A program made the translations under genes and the position numbers. A model generated the notes under the pieces. It did not search any database. It saw only the letters and a program-made list of their open reading frames with translations, and was not told where the DNA came from. DNA of 64,000 bases from an uncultured Calditrichaceae bacterium (GTDB lineage Bacteria > Calditrichota > Calditrichia > RBG-13-44-9 > J075): the NCBI GenBank assembly GCA_964522165.1, contig CAZFVV010000003.1:6908-70907 (forward strand), written 5' to 3'. The stretch's first letter is position 1; each line of letters begins with the position of its first letter. Below are positions 37,886-47,044 of the stretch, one piece after another.

Positions 37886-38006
37886 AGCCCGTGTTGTTCG
37901 CGGCGGCGCGTTCAACAACACCGACAACAACGTGCGGTGCGCGTATCGCAACAACAACGATCCCGATAATCGTAACAACAACATCGGGTTTCGTGTGGCG
38001 CTGTTC
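37886..38006 (+). repeat. DGR template repeat (TR)
   Basis: Non-coding copy of the target 3' end, rich in AAC triplets (aacaacaccgacaacaac...cgcaacaacaacgatcccgataatcgtaacaacaacatc); the adenines are the sites that differ in the VR. Confidence 0.85.
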
Positions 38007-38047
38007 ACGTTTTTCAAAGGGTAAAGGCCTCAAACGACAATGGATAA

Positions 38048-38080
38048 AGACCTCAAAGGTTTCCGAAACCTTTGAGGTCT
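38048..38080. repeat. REP-like palindrome, copy 6, 42 bp downstream of the TR
   Basis: agacctcaaaggtttccgaaacctttgaggtct; preceded by ggcctcaaacga...ataa as at 33791. Confidence 0.9.
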
Positions 38081-38272
38081 AACTTCCGAAGGTTTTTACG
38101 TTGCTGGAAATGCCCGGCGCGCTGGAAATGAGTGGTCGGGGTTCCGGGCCGAAGCGAAAAATGGCCGAGCCTGTTCCGGGCCTTTCCCGGGCTTCCCCGG
38201 GAAAGGGCAAATAACAACCCTCCCGCCTCCTGCCCTATAAGGGGTTGAGGCGGGAGATTTTTATAGCCGAAA

Positions 38273-39307
38273 ATGTTTGACGCATTAATTTCATGGGATA
38301 ATCTTTACCTGGCGTATAAAAAAGCCGGCAAAGGCAAACGCGGGCAGATCGATGTGGCGGATTTTGAGTATGCTCTGGAAGAAAACCTGCTGCGGCTGCA
38401 AGAAGAATTGCGGGATCAGACTTATGCACCGGGTGGTTACCACAGTTTTTACATCCACGAACCCAAACGGCGATTGATCAGCGCTGCGCCGTTCCGTGAC
38501 CGGGTGGTTCACCATGCCCTGTGTAATCTCACTGAACCTGTATTCGAGCAGAGTTTTATTTTTGATTCTTACGCCAATCGGGTGGGAAAAGGAACTCACC
38601 ACGCTTTGGATCGCTGCCAGCAATACGCCCGGCATTACCCCTATGTGCTGCAATGCGACCTGCGGCAGTTTTTTCCCAGTATCGACCATGCGATTTTGCG
38701 CCAAATCTTAATGCGGAAAATCGCTGAACCTGCAGTATTATGGTTGATCGATCAAATTCTCCGCAGCGGCGAGGGCGTATTAAGCGAGGCATACGCAATG
38801 GTCTATTTTCCCGGGGATGATTTGTTCGCCGCCAACCGCCCGCGCGGTTTGCCAATCGGCAATCTGACCAGCCAGTTTTGGGCCAATGTTTATCTCAATC
38901 CCTTTGACCATTTCGTCAAACGAGAGTTACGCTGCAAAGCCTACCTGCGTTACGTGGATGACTTTTTGCTTTTCGGGGAAGACAAAGCCACATTATGGCG
39001 CTGGAAAAAGGCCATTACCAAACGCCTGGAACAGTATCGATTGACAATTCATCCGACGGCTCATCCCCGCCCGGTAGAGGAAGGGATACCGTTTTTAGGA
39101 TTCATCGTCTTCCGGGAAAAGCGACGCTTGAAACGCAGGAAAGGAATTTTTTACCGCAGAAAACTGAAATGCCTGATTTCAGACTACCATTCCGGCGATC
39201 TACCCCTGGAAAAAATTAAGCAGAGCGTGCAGGGATGGATTAACCACACCCGTTACGCTAATACCATCGGGCTGCGCAAAAGCCTGTTAGGAAAAATGAA
39301 AATATAA
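38273..39307 (+). CDS. DGR-type reverse transcriptase
   Basis: 344 aa; RT motifs 1-2 RLISAAPFRDRVVHHAL; motif A LQCDLRQFFPSIDH; DGR-diagnostic motif LPIGNLTSQFWANVYLNPFD (IGxxxSQ); motif C YLRYVDDFLLFG (YVDD); no maturase or endonuclease domains. Confidence 0.9.
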   Translation: MFDALISWDNLYLAYKKAGKGKRGQIDVADFEYALEENLLRLQEELRDQTYAPGGYHSFYIHEPKRRLISAAPFRDRVVHHALCNLTEPVFEQSFIFDSYANRVGKGTHHALDRCQQYARHYPYVLQCDLRQFFPSIDHAILRQILMRKIAEPAVLWLIDQILRSGEGVLSEAYAMVYFPGDDLFAANRPRGLPIGNLTSQFWANVYLNPFDHFVKRELRCKAYLRYVDDFLLFGEDKATLWRWKKAITKRLEQYRLTIHPTAHPRPVEEGIPFLGFIVFREKRRLKRRKGIFYRRKLKCLISDYHSGDLPLEKIKQSVQGWINHTRYANTIGLRKSLLGKMKI

Positions 39308-39323
39308 TAATTCCAAAGGTTGA

Positions 39324-39380
39324 AGACCTCAAAGGTTTCTCCCGTAAGGGATGGCTTACGCCACAAAACCTTTAAGGTCT
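39324..39380. repeat. REP-like palindrome, copy 7 (split; 24-bp insertion in the loop, one stem mismatch)
   Basis: agacctcaaaggttt-ctcccgtaagggatggcttacgccac-aaaacctttaaggtct. Confidence 0.7.
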
Positions 39381-39396
39381 AAATCCGGCGAAGATA

Positions 39397-39429
39397 AGAC
39401 CTCAAAGGTTTCAAAAACCTTTGAGGTCT
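39397..39429. repeat. REP-like palindrome, copy 8, 22 bp upstream of the next gene
   Basis: agacctcaaaggtttcaaaaacctttgaggtct, preceded by ccggcgaagata as in copy 2. Confidence 0.9.
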
Positions 39430-39451
39430 CTTAATAGGAAAGGATCATTCC

Positions 39452-41548
39452 ATGTCCCATAAAAAACCCAACCGCCTCATCAACGAAAAAAGCCCCTACC
39501 TGTTGCAGCACGCGGAAAACCCGGTGGACTGGTATCCCTGGGGCGAGGAAGCGTTTGCCGCCGCGAAGGCGCAGGATAAACCGATTTTTCTCTCCATCGG
39601 CTACTCCACCTGCCACTGGTGCCACGTCATGGCGCATGAATCCTTCGAGGATTCCGCCGTCGCCGCGCTGCTGAATGAGGCCTTCATCAATATCAAGGTG
39701 GACCGGGAGGAGCGCCCGGACGTGGACGACGTGTACATGACCGCCTGCCAGATGCTCACCGGCAGCGGGGGCTGGCCTCTCACCATCATTATGACCCCCG
39801 CGAAAGAGCCGTTTTTCGCCGCCACCTACATTCCAAGGGAGCGCCGTTTCAACCGCTACGGGATGCTGGAGCTGATCCCGCAGATCAAAGATTTGTGGGA
39901 AACCGACCGCGCACGGTTGTTGGAGTCGGCGCAGAAGATTGCCGGGGCGCTTTCGCAGACTGCCGGCGGCCTCGCGGGGGGGCAATTGCACCCGGAAATC
40001 CTGGAGATCGCCTATAGCCAATTGGAAGAGAGCTACGAGCACCGCTACGGGGGATTCAACGCCCGCCCCAAATTTCCCACCCCCCATAATTTGATGTACC
40101 TGCTGCGCTTTTACCGGCGCAGCGGCGACCGCCAGGCCCTGGAAATGGTCGAAACCACCTTGCAGAACATGCGCCGGGGCGGAATTTTCGACCACCTGGG
40201 CTTCGGCTTCCACCGCTACTCCACGGACGAGCGCTGGCTGGCGCCGCATTTCGAGAAAATGCTCTACGACCAGGCCCTCCTGGCCCTGGCTTACACCGAA
40301 GCCTTCCAGGTGACCGGAAAGGAGCAATACCGCGCCGCGGTTCGCGAGATTTTAACCTACGTGCTGCGCGACCTGGCCGATCCCGCGGGAGGATTCTACT
40401 CCGCGGAAGACGCGGACAGCGAGGGCGAAGAAGGCAAATTTTACCTCTGGAGCAATGCAGAAATCCGCGAAACCCTGGGAAAAAGCGCCGGCGATTTCTT
40501 CATCAAGGTATTCAACTGCCGGGAGGATGGAAATTTTTTGGATGAAGCCACCCGCCAGAAAACCGGAACGAGCATCCCCCATTTGCGCAAATCAAGCGCG
40601 GAAATCGCTGCCGAGCTTGCCATCAGCGAGGCGGAGCTGGCGCAGCAGGTCGAGCAGGCGCGCCAAAAGTTGTTCGCGGCGCGGGAGCGGCGGGTTCATC
40701 CCCTCAAGGATGATAAAATCCTCGCCGACTGGAACGGGCTGATGGTTGCGGCGCTGGGCAAGGCGGCGCAGGCGTTTCAGGAACCGGCTTACGCCGCGGC
40801 GGCGGGCCGGGCGGCGGATTTCATCCTGCAAACCCTGCGCACAAAGGAGGGGCGTTTGCTGCACCGCTACCGGCAGGGGGAAACCGCCATCCCGGCTTAC
40901 TTAGACGACTACGCCTTTTTTACCTGGGGATTGTTGGAATTGTATGAAACCACTTTCGAGGCGAAATACCTGCAAGCCGCCGTGGAACTGAACGATATTG
41001 TGCTGCAACACTTCTGGGACGGGCGCGAGGGCGGTTTCTTCTTTACCGCCGATGACGCAGAGGAACTGCTGGTGCGCAAAAAAGAAATCTACGACGGGGC
41101 GGTTCCCTCCGGCAACTCGGTGATGGCGCTCAACCTGCTGCGCCTGGCGCGGATTACCGGGGATATGAAGTTGGAAGCGCGGGCGGCGCAGATCGGCGCG
41201 GCGTTTTCCACAAACGTGAGCCGCTATCCCGCCGGTCATACTTTTTTGATGTCCGCGCTGGATTTCGGGGCAGGCCCGCATTACGAAGTGGTGATCGTGG
41301 GGAAGCCGGGCGCTAAGGATACCCGGGCGATGGCGCAGGCGATCCGGCAGCGCTTTATCCCCAACAAAGTGTTGCTATTCCTGCCCGTGGGACCGGAGAA
41401 TCCCGAAATCAGCCGCATCGCGGAATTTACCCGGGCCATGAAACCGCTGAAAGGCAAAGCCACCGCTTACGTGTGCCGCTCCCACGCCTGCGAGCTGCCC
41501 ACTACGGATGCGGGCAAGATGCTGGACCTGCTCGGCCAGGATCTCTGA
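39452..41548 (+). CDS. thioredoxin-domain protein YyaL/SSP411 family (thioredoxin domain plus six-hairpin glycosidase-like domain)
   Basis: 698 aa; [29 protein letters not shown]...[20 protein letters not shown] is the family N-terminal signature. Confidence 0.8.
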   Translation: MSHKKPNRLINEKSPYLLQHAENPVDWYPWGEEAFAAAKAQDKPIFLSIGYSTCHWCHVMAHESFEDSAVAALLNEAFINIKVDREERPDVDDVYMTACQMLTGSGGWPLTIIMTPAKEPFFAATYIPRERRFNRYGMLELIPQIKDLWETDRARLLESAQKIAGALSQTAGGLAGGQLHPEILEIAYSQLEESYEHRYGGFNARPKFPTPHNLMYLLRFYRRSGDRQALEMVETTLQNMRRGGIFDHLGFGFHRYSTDERWLAPHFEKMLYDQALLALAYTEAFQVTGKEQYRAAVREILTYVLRDLADPAGGFYSAEDADSEGEEGKFYLWSNAEIRETLGKSAGDFFIKVFNCREDGNFLDEATRQKTGTSIPHLRKSSAEIAAELAISEAELAQQVEQARQKLFAARERRVHPLKDDKILADWNGLMVAALGKAAQAFQEPAYAAAAGRAADFILQTLRTKEGRLLHRYRQGETAIPAYLDDYAFFTWGLLELYETTFEAKYLQAAVELNDIVLQHFWDGREGGFFFTADDAEELLVRKKEIYDGAVPSGNSVMALNLLRLARITGDMKLEARAAQIGAAFSTNVSRYPAGHTFLMSALDFGAGPHYEVVIVGKPGAKDTRAMAQAIRQRFIPNKVLLFLPVGPENPEISRIAEFTRAMKPLKGKATAYVCRSHACELPTTDAGKMLDLLGQDL

Positions 41549-41806
41549 TCCGGAGTTCCAAAACTGGGGCGCCAAAATTATGAAGTTTGATGGAATAATC
41601 GGGCCACTCAGACAGGAGATTCTCCGAAGGAGTCTTTGACCGGCATTCAACGGAATGAACCGTTCATCTACCATCCACCCACAGCCCGGGAGCGCCTAAA
41701 GTTTTCCCCCAATTACCCGTTAATTTTATGGATTCAGAAACCGGGGAATGGTATATTCGACTTGCATTTGTTCAGAGTTCTGTAACGTGATACTCTTTCG
41801 GCGACC

Positions 41807-42562
41807 ATGAAAAAAATTTTCTGCCATATATTCGGGGGAATCGTTACCGCCTTTTTGCTGGCAGCCTGCGCTTCTTTCCACACGGTGATGAAACCGCCCC
41901 TCTTTCCCGCGCACGAAACGGCCGCTCCTGCGCTGCACTCTTTCGACCGGAATGCTTTTACGGAGAATGAAGCGACTCGCTATTTTTTGGAAATTGCCCT
42001 GGGTTCGGAATACGGAATGGGGGCCTTCACGGTGAAGAAGTGGAAAAACGATCTGAAATTAGAGATCATCGGCCAGCCCACCCCGGAAGATTTGCAAACC
42101 GTGAGCCGGGTGATCGAGGAATTGAACCAGACTCTCGCGCCGCAAATTCGCATCGGTATTGTGCCCGGGGAGGGCAACGTGCAGGTTTATTTCATTCCCG
42201 ATGCAGAATTTTATAGATATGAGCCGCAAGGGATCGTTTATCACGGGGGATTTTTCTGGAACTGGTGGAATACCGCCGGGGAGCTCTACCAGGCCCGGGT
42301 GGTGATTGCGGCGGACCGGATCTCCCAGCGTTTGCGCTCGCACCTGATCCGGGAAGAATTGACCCAGGCGCTGGGATTGATGAACGATTCCCGCAGGTAC
42401 GAAGAGAGTATCTTTTACCAGGATTACAGCGAAACCACGGAATTTTCGGAATTGGATTGCGCGGTCATCCAACTGCTCTACAGCGAGGATATTTTGCCGG
42501 GCATGTCCGATTTCGAGGTGAAAGAGGTTTTGCAGCGAAAAGCGCCTAAAAACCGGCATTGA
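41807..42562 (+). CDS. hypothetical lipoprotein (possibly DUF2927-like)
   Basis: 251 aa; lipobox LLAACAS; conserved-looking HLIREELTQALGLMNDS segment; function unknown. Confidence 0.4.
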   Translation: MKKIFCHIFGGIVTAFLLAACASFHTVMKPPLFPAHETAAPALHSFDRNAFTENEATRYFLEIALGSEYGMGAFTVKKWKNDLKLEIIGQPTPEDLQTVSRVIEELNQTLAPQIRIGIVPGEGNVQVYFIPDAEFYRYEPQGIVYHGGFFWNWWNTAGELYQARVVIAADRISQRLRSHLIREELTQALGLMNDSRRYEESIFYQDYSETTEFSELDCAVIQLLYSEDILPGMSDFEVKEVLQRKAPKNRH

Positions 42563-42639
42563 TTTCGGATTGCAGATATCGGATTGAATTTGACGTCCCA
42601 CAAACTCCGCAATCCGAAATCCGAAATCCCCAATCCTCT

Positions 42640-43719
42640 TCAGTCCGCTCCCAAATTTACCGCGTCTCCGGAACGAATTTCTCCGCTCATGTTGATTGCG
42701 GGTACCGCCGGATCAATCGCCGGGCCGATGCCGGCGTTCCAAAAGGGTGAATCCGGGCGCAAGCGGAAGTCATGGTTGGCAGGGTCGATGAAAATCAGGC
42801 TGTCAGGCAAGTCGCCGCTGAACCAGGGAATTTGAGAACTGTCGCGCGGCGCTTTGACCAAGGCGTCGCCCGGTACGTTGGAGCTGTTGTAATCGCAGGC
42901 CTCGCTTAAAATCCCGTGGTCGGAGGCCGAAAATCCATCCGCTGCCCCGCGTACAATGTTGTTCACCGCAATTATGCGGGCGTTGTCCTTGCTCCTGAAC
43001 CCGTAGTAAAAGCCGATGATGGTGTTGTTGTAGGCGACCACCTCGGCAGATGCCATGGCGATGATCCCGCTCAGCCGCCCCTCCTCCACTTTGCACTCGA
43101 TGATATTGTTGATCATCAAAGCCGGGGATTTCAGGTCGATGGCGTCGCCGGCGCCGGAGGTCAATTCGATGCGCAGGTAGCAATTCTTGATCACGAAAAA
43201 ATCGCCCTCTTCCGGGTCGATGATGTCGTGGCTTCTGCCGCTGCCTTTCAGCATCATCTGGATTCCGTCGATCTCGATGTTGTCGATCTCGATGTCGATG
43301 CTCTCGGAATTCCCGGTGCTGGTTTCGATGATGCGGTATTTGGTATCGTCCCAGCGCGGGCCGGCGCGGTGGGCGGAATCCGCCACCACGCGCACGTAAC
43401 GTTGCCGGTCGGTTACCCAGTGGTCGAACTGCGCCGGGCGGTCCGGCGAGCCGTTGCTGCTGCGGCAAACCGCCACGGCGATTTCGTTGGCGGCCACCAG
43501 GTCGCGCTTCTCCCGCACCGCAAAACCCTCCAGGGAGGTATAATCCGTACCGGGGCCGTTATCGGGATCGATAATTTTGACCACTTCCGTTGGGGGAGAG
43601 GAGGGCGAGGGGGTTGCGGTGGAATCCGGGTTGGAGTAACTGCACGTGCCCCAAAGCATTCCAATCGTAAAGAGGATTCCCAGTTTGTAAATAGATTGAA
43701 TATTCAGGATTTTTAGCAA
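42640..43719 (-). CDS. right-handed parallel beta-helix repeat protein, secreted, lacking the T9SS C-terminal domain present in its paralogs
   Basis: 359 aa; signal peptide; NNIIxC/NNTIIGF beta-helix rungs; ~45% identical to the 43824 paralog but stops right after the ...NLGAD motif where the paralog continues into a Por C-terminal domain. Confidence 0.55.
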   Translation of the reverse strand: MLKILNIQSIYKLGILFTIGMLWGTCSYSNPDSTATPSPSSPPTEVVKIIDPDNGPGTDYTSLEGFAVREKRDLVAANEIAVAVCRSSNGSPDRPAQFDHWVTDRQRYVRVVADSAHRAGPRWDDTKYRIIETSTGNSESIDIEIDNIEIDGIQMMLKGSGRSHDIIDPEEGDFFVIKNCYLRIELTSGAGDAIDLKSPALMINNIIECKVEEGRLSGIIAMASAEVVAYNNTIIGFYYGFRSKDNARIIAVNNIVRGAADGFSASDHGILSEACDYNSSNVPGDALVKAPRDSSQIPWFSGDLPDSLIFIDPANHDFRLRPDSPFWNAGIGPAIDPAVPAINMSGEIRSGDAVNLGAD

Positions 43720-43823
43720 GACGATAATAGTTACCTGTCAGTTGGCGGATCGAATTCCACTGTTATTGGCACATTTCTATGAGCAGGGGCTTTAAACCTG
43801 CGAAAATGAATTTTCGCACTCCT

Positions 43824-45314
43824 TCACGGCAAAAGTACCATTTTTCGGGCTTGAACGGATTTCGCACTTTCTTCTGAGCGGGATTTAACCTCCAGGCGGT
43901 AGAGATACACCCCGCCGGCCGCCGGTTTCCCGTTCTCATCCCGGCCGTCCCACTGCGCCTGGTGCAAACCGGCCGGGAGCTGGCCGGCTAACAGCATTCT
44001 GACTTTCTGTCCCAGGATATTGAAAACGGCCAACTCCACCTCGCTGGCGCCCGAGATCTGAAAGCTGATTGCCGTAGTCGGGTTGAAGGGATTGGGATAA
44101 TTAGGATACAAAATGGCCGATTGCGGCGGCGCTGCGCCCCAATCTCCCAGGCCGGCCGGCGAACCTTCGAAATCCGCTCCCAGGTCGGTGGTGGGGCCGG
44201 AGCGGGGCTCCTGGTCTATATCCAGCTCCGGCACGCCGGCATTGGCCGCCGGCCCGGCCCCGGCGTGGGTAAAAATAATTCCTGCTTTGAGGTGATAATC
44301 GTTGTTGGGTGCGTTCACAAAAATTGCTTCCACTGGAGTAGCGCCGCTGTACCAGGGGGATTGATTGGAGTTCCGGGGAGCCTGCACCAGCGCATGGCCG
44401 GGTTGGTCGGAGCTGTTGTAGTCGGAATCCGTGGTAAAAATGCCCCCGTCGCTGGCGAGGTAGGGTTCCTCCGAGGCCTCCCGGGAAATATTGTTCACCG
44501 CCCGGATCACGCTGCCGTCGCTCAGGATCGCGTTCTTCCAGCCGATAAAGGTGTTGTTGAATACATTTACCTCTCCGCCGTATTTGACCAGAACCCCTTT
44601 CGAGCCGGTACCTTTGATGATGCAATTGAAAATATCCGCGTCGGATTTCAGGTCGATGCCGTAGCCGGTATCCGAGGTGAGGTCCATCCACATGAAGCAG
44701 TTTTTCACCACCAGGTAGCCGCCTTCCTCCGGATCGATCACGTCGTTGCTGTTCCCGCTGCCCCAGATGCGCATCTGCAGACCGTCGATGACCATGTAAT
44801 CGATCTCCACGTCGATACATTCGGAATTGACCGTGGTGTACTCGATCACCCGGTAGCGGGTTTCGTCCCAGCGGGCGGTGGCGCGATGGCCCTCATCAGC
44901 CATTACCACCACATAGTGCTCCGGGTCGGTTACCCAGTCGTAAAACTGCGCCGGGCCGTCCGGAGAGCCGTTGCTGCTGCGGCACAGCGCCACGGCGATC
45001 TCGTTGGCGCTCACGATGTCGCGTTTTTCATTCTGGGCAAAATCGTCTAAGGAAGTATAATCCGTTCCGGGGCCGTTATCGGGGTCGATGATTTTAATGA
45101 CCACGGTGGGGCCGTCGGGGGACTGCCCCCCGGCCACAGGGGAAATCCGCAATCCCTGGCCGTAAATATCCGGGAAGGTGAAAAATGGGGATTGGCCATG
45201 CAGCAGCGCCGAAAATGCGAATATCCAGAAGCAGGTTAACATCCGCGGGAGCATCCCGCGATTCATCCGGTTGAAATCATTGCGGCAATCCATGCCGTTT
45301 CCTCTCGTTTTCAA
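43824..45314 (-). CDS. right-handed beta-helix repeat protein with T9SS C-terminal sorting domain
   Basis: 496 aa (start may be an internal Met); beta-helix rungs; C-terminus ILYPNYPNPFNPTTAISF...VYLYRLEV...KMVLLP. Confidence 0.6.
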   Translation of the reverse strand: MKTRGNGMDCRNDFNRMNRGMLPRMLTCFWIFAFSALLHGQSPFFTFPDIYGQGLRISPVAGGQSPDGPTVVIKIIDPDNGPGTDYTSLDDFAQNEKRDIVSANEIAVALCRSSNGSPDGPAQFYDWVTDPEHYVVVMADEGHRATARWDETRYRVIEYTTVNSECIDVEIDYMVIDGLQMRIWGSGNSNDVIDPEEGGYLVVKNCFMWMDLTSDTGYGIDLKSDADIFNCIIKGTGSKGVLVKYGGEVNVFNNTFIGWKNAILSDGSVIRAVNNISREASEEPYLASDGGIFTTDSDYNSSDQPGHALVQAPRNSNQSPWYSGATPVEAIFVNAPNNDYHLKAGIIFTHAGAGPAANAGVPELDIDQEPRSGPTTDLGADFEGSPAGLGDWGAAPPQSAILYPNYPNPFNPTTAISFQISGASEVELAVFNILGQKVRMLLAGQLPAGLHQAQWDGRDENGKPAAGGVYLYRLEVKSRSEESAKSVQARKMVLLP

Positions 45315-45355
45315 AAATTGTCGAAAAAATCACGCCAAACTTGAAGGTGCGAATC

Positions 45356-47044
45356 TCAGCGCAGCAGGTGCATCCGGCGGGTCTGGGTAAAATCTCCGAT
45401 TTCTATGCGATAAAAATAGATTCCGCTGGCCGCCGCTCTTCCCGCGGCGTCGCGCCCGTCCCATTCCACCCGGTGCTGCCCGGCGGGAAGATATTCCTCA
45501 ACCAGGGCGCGAAGCTTATTGCCCAGGATGTCGAATATCTCCAATCGAACCGCTCCTGGCCGGGAGGTATCGAAAACAATGGCGGTGGAGGGGTTAAAAG
45601 GGTTGGGGTAGTTGGGATGCAAATAAAACTCCCGGATTTCATTGCCGGCCTGGGGCGCAACCGGGGTAGAGCTTTCATATTCGAAAGCCCCCACGTCGTA
45701 ATTGCCCGCCAAACGGGGGTAGCCGTCGTAATCATGGGTTACTTCCGGAATATCCTCCCCCGCGTTAATTGCCGGGCTATTGGCGCTCAGGTGGTAATTA
45801 AACGCGCCGGCGTTTATGAAAAACGAAGCGTCGGCGGATAAATTGCTGGGATGGGATGCGTCGCCTGGCTTAGTTCCCATGAACAGGCAGTTTCGCAGAT
45901 CGAATCCCGCAGAATTATAACCCCCGGAAACGTTCTGGAAATACTCCCCGCTGCCGCCCTTATCAAAAGTACTGTTATAGACGTGCAGGATTTCTACCCC
46001 GTCTTCATTGCGGAACGCTTTGTCGTTGTTATAAACAATGCTGTTAATAATGGTCACGTAAGCGCCCCCGCGGCTGCCCGGCCCGCGCAGGCGGAAGGCG
46101 ATTTCGTTGTCATAAACTTTCACCGCGATCAGTTGGCATTCCACTTTTTCTTTGATGTTGAACGCCGCCCGGTTGTTGATGTAGCCGGGTACGAAGCCGT
46201 AGGATTCCACGTTGCGAATGGTAATGCGGGCGCGGTAGGCGGTTCCCACCGCCTCTTCGTTGATTTTGGTATCCACCCCGTTCTCCCCGGGGATTTCCCC
46301 GGCGTTCCAGCCCGCGGCGTTGGCCGGCAGCGGCCCGGTCCACAGTTTGCAATTTTCGATCAGCACGTTGTCCCACAACGGGTAGCCCCGGTCCGGGTCG
46401 GTCTGGAAACAGTCCCCGGAAACGTAATAAATGTTGCACCCGCGAACAGTCAGGTTATTCTCTCCCGCGGCCACGATGCCGTGCGCATCCACCTGGTTGC
46501 TGATGGAACCGGCCAGGAAGTGGTGAATTTCGCAATTTTCGATCAACACGTCATCGGCCATGCTGAGGTCGATGCCGTCTTTGGTGCCGTTTTTGATCTC
46601 GCAATTGCGCACAATCGCGTTGTCGCCGCCGGAGCGAATTCGCACCACGTCGGCGTTGCCGAACTGCCCGTCGATAATGAATCCGTCGATGATATGATAA
46701 GCGTGATTCAGGTAGAGCACCTGCCCGGCATTAGTTACCAGCGGGCGGTTGGCCGGATCGTATGCTTTGACGGTGATGGGCTGGGCAACGGTCCCGTCCC
46801 GCTGGCTGGTAATCTGGTCCGCATACACCCCGGGGAGCACCAGCACCACGTCGCCGGGCTGGGCGGCGTCCATGGCCGAGCTGAAATTGTTAAAGGGGCT
46901 GGAAAAGGTTCCGTTCCCGTTGGCGGGCACATCATCGAGGTAATATTCCGCGGCGCTCAAGCACGCCGCACATCCCATAATCAGCAAAACAAAACCGACC
47001 GGTAAAATCTTAGCCATCCTTGCGCTCCTTATTTTCGTCTTCAT
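45356..47044 (-). CDS. right-handed beta-helix (pectate-lyase-fold) protein with T9SS C-terminal sorting domain
   Basis: 562 aa; signal peptide; repeated NCxIxN/GxxxxNNxF rungs; C-terminus HPNYPNPFNPSTAIVF...IYFYRIEI...RMHLLR. Confidence 0.6.
   Translation of the reverse strand: MKTKIRSARMAKILPVGFVLLIMGCAACLSAAEYYLDDVPANGNGTFSSPFNNFSSAMDAAQPGDVVLVLPGVYADQITSQRDGTVAQPITVKAYDPANRPLVTNAGQVLYLNHAYHIIDGFIIDGQFGNADVVRIRSGGDNAIVRNCEIKNGTKDGIDLSMADDVLIENCEIHHFLAGSISNQVDAHGIVAAGENNLTVRGCNIYYVSGDCFQTDPDRGYPLWDNVLIENCKLWTGPLPANAAGWNAGEIPGENGVDTKINEEAVGTAYRARITIRNVESYGFVPGYINNRAAFNIKEKVECQLIAVKVYDNEIAFRLRGPGSRGGAYVTIINSIVYNNDKAFRNEDGVEILHVYNSTFDKGGSGEYFQNVSGGYNSAGFDLRNCLFMGTKPGDASHPSNLSADASFFINAGAFNYHLSANSPAINAGEDIPEVTHDYDGYPRLAGNYDVGAFEYESSTPVAPQAGNEIREFYLHPNYPNPFNPSTAIVFDTSRPGAVRLEIFDILGNKLRALVEEYLPAGQHRVEWDGRDAAGRAAASGIYFYRIEIGDFTQTRRMHLLR

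Larger units (their letters stand above)
34296..39307 (+). other. complete diversity-generating retroelement cassette (target/VR - avd - TR - RT)
   Basis: Canonical gene order, adenine-specific TR/VR divergence, DGR-type RT; see the component features. Confidence 0.85.

Noticed and set aside
37891-38082. 63-aa ORF overlapping the template repeat
   Set aside because: It is the TR read in another frame. The TR is a non-coding RNA template. The ORF has no start context and exists only because of the AAC-rich sequence.
33494-39429. Regularly sized 33-bp repeats might be taken for a CRISPR array
   Set aside because: Each unit is itself a perfect palindrome, spacing is irregular (16 bp to several kb), units are separated by genes, and there are no cas genes. 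This is a REP-like family, not CRISPR.
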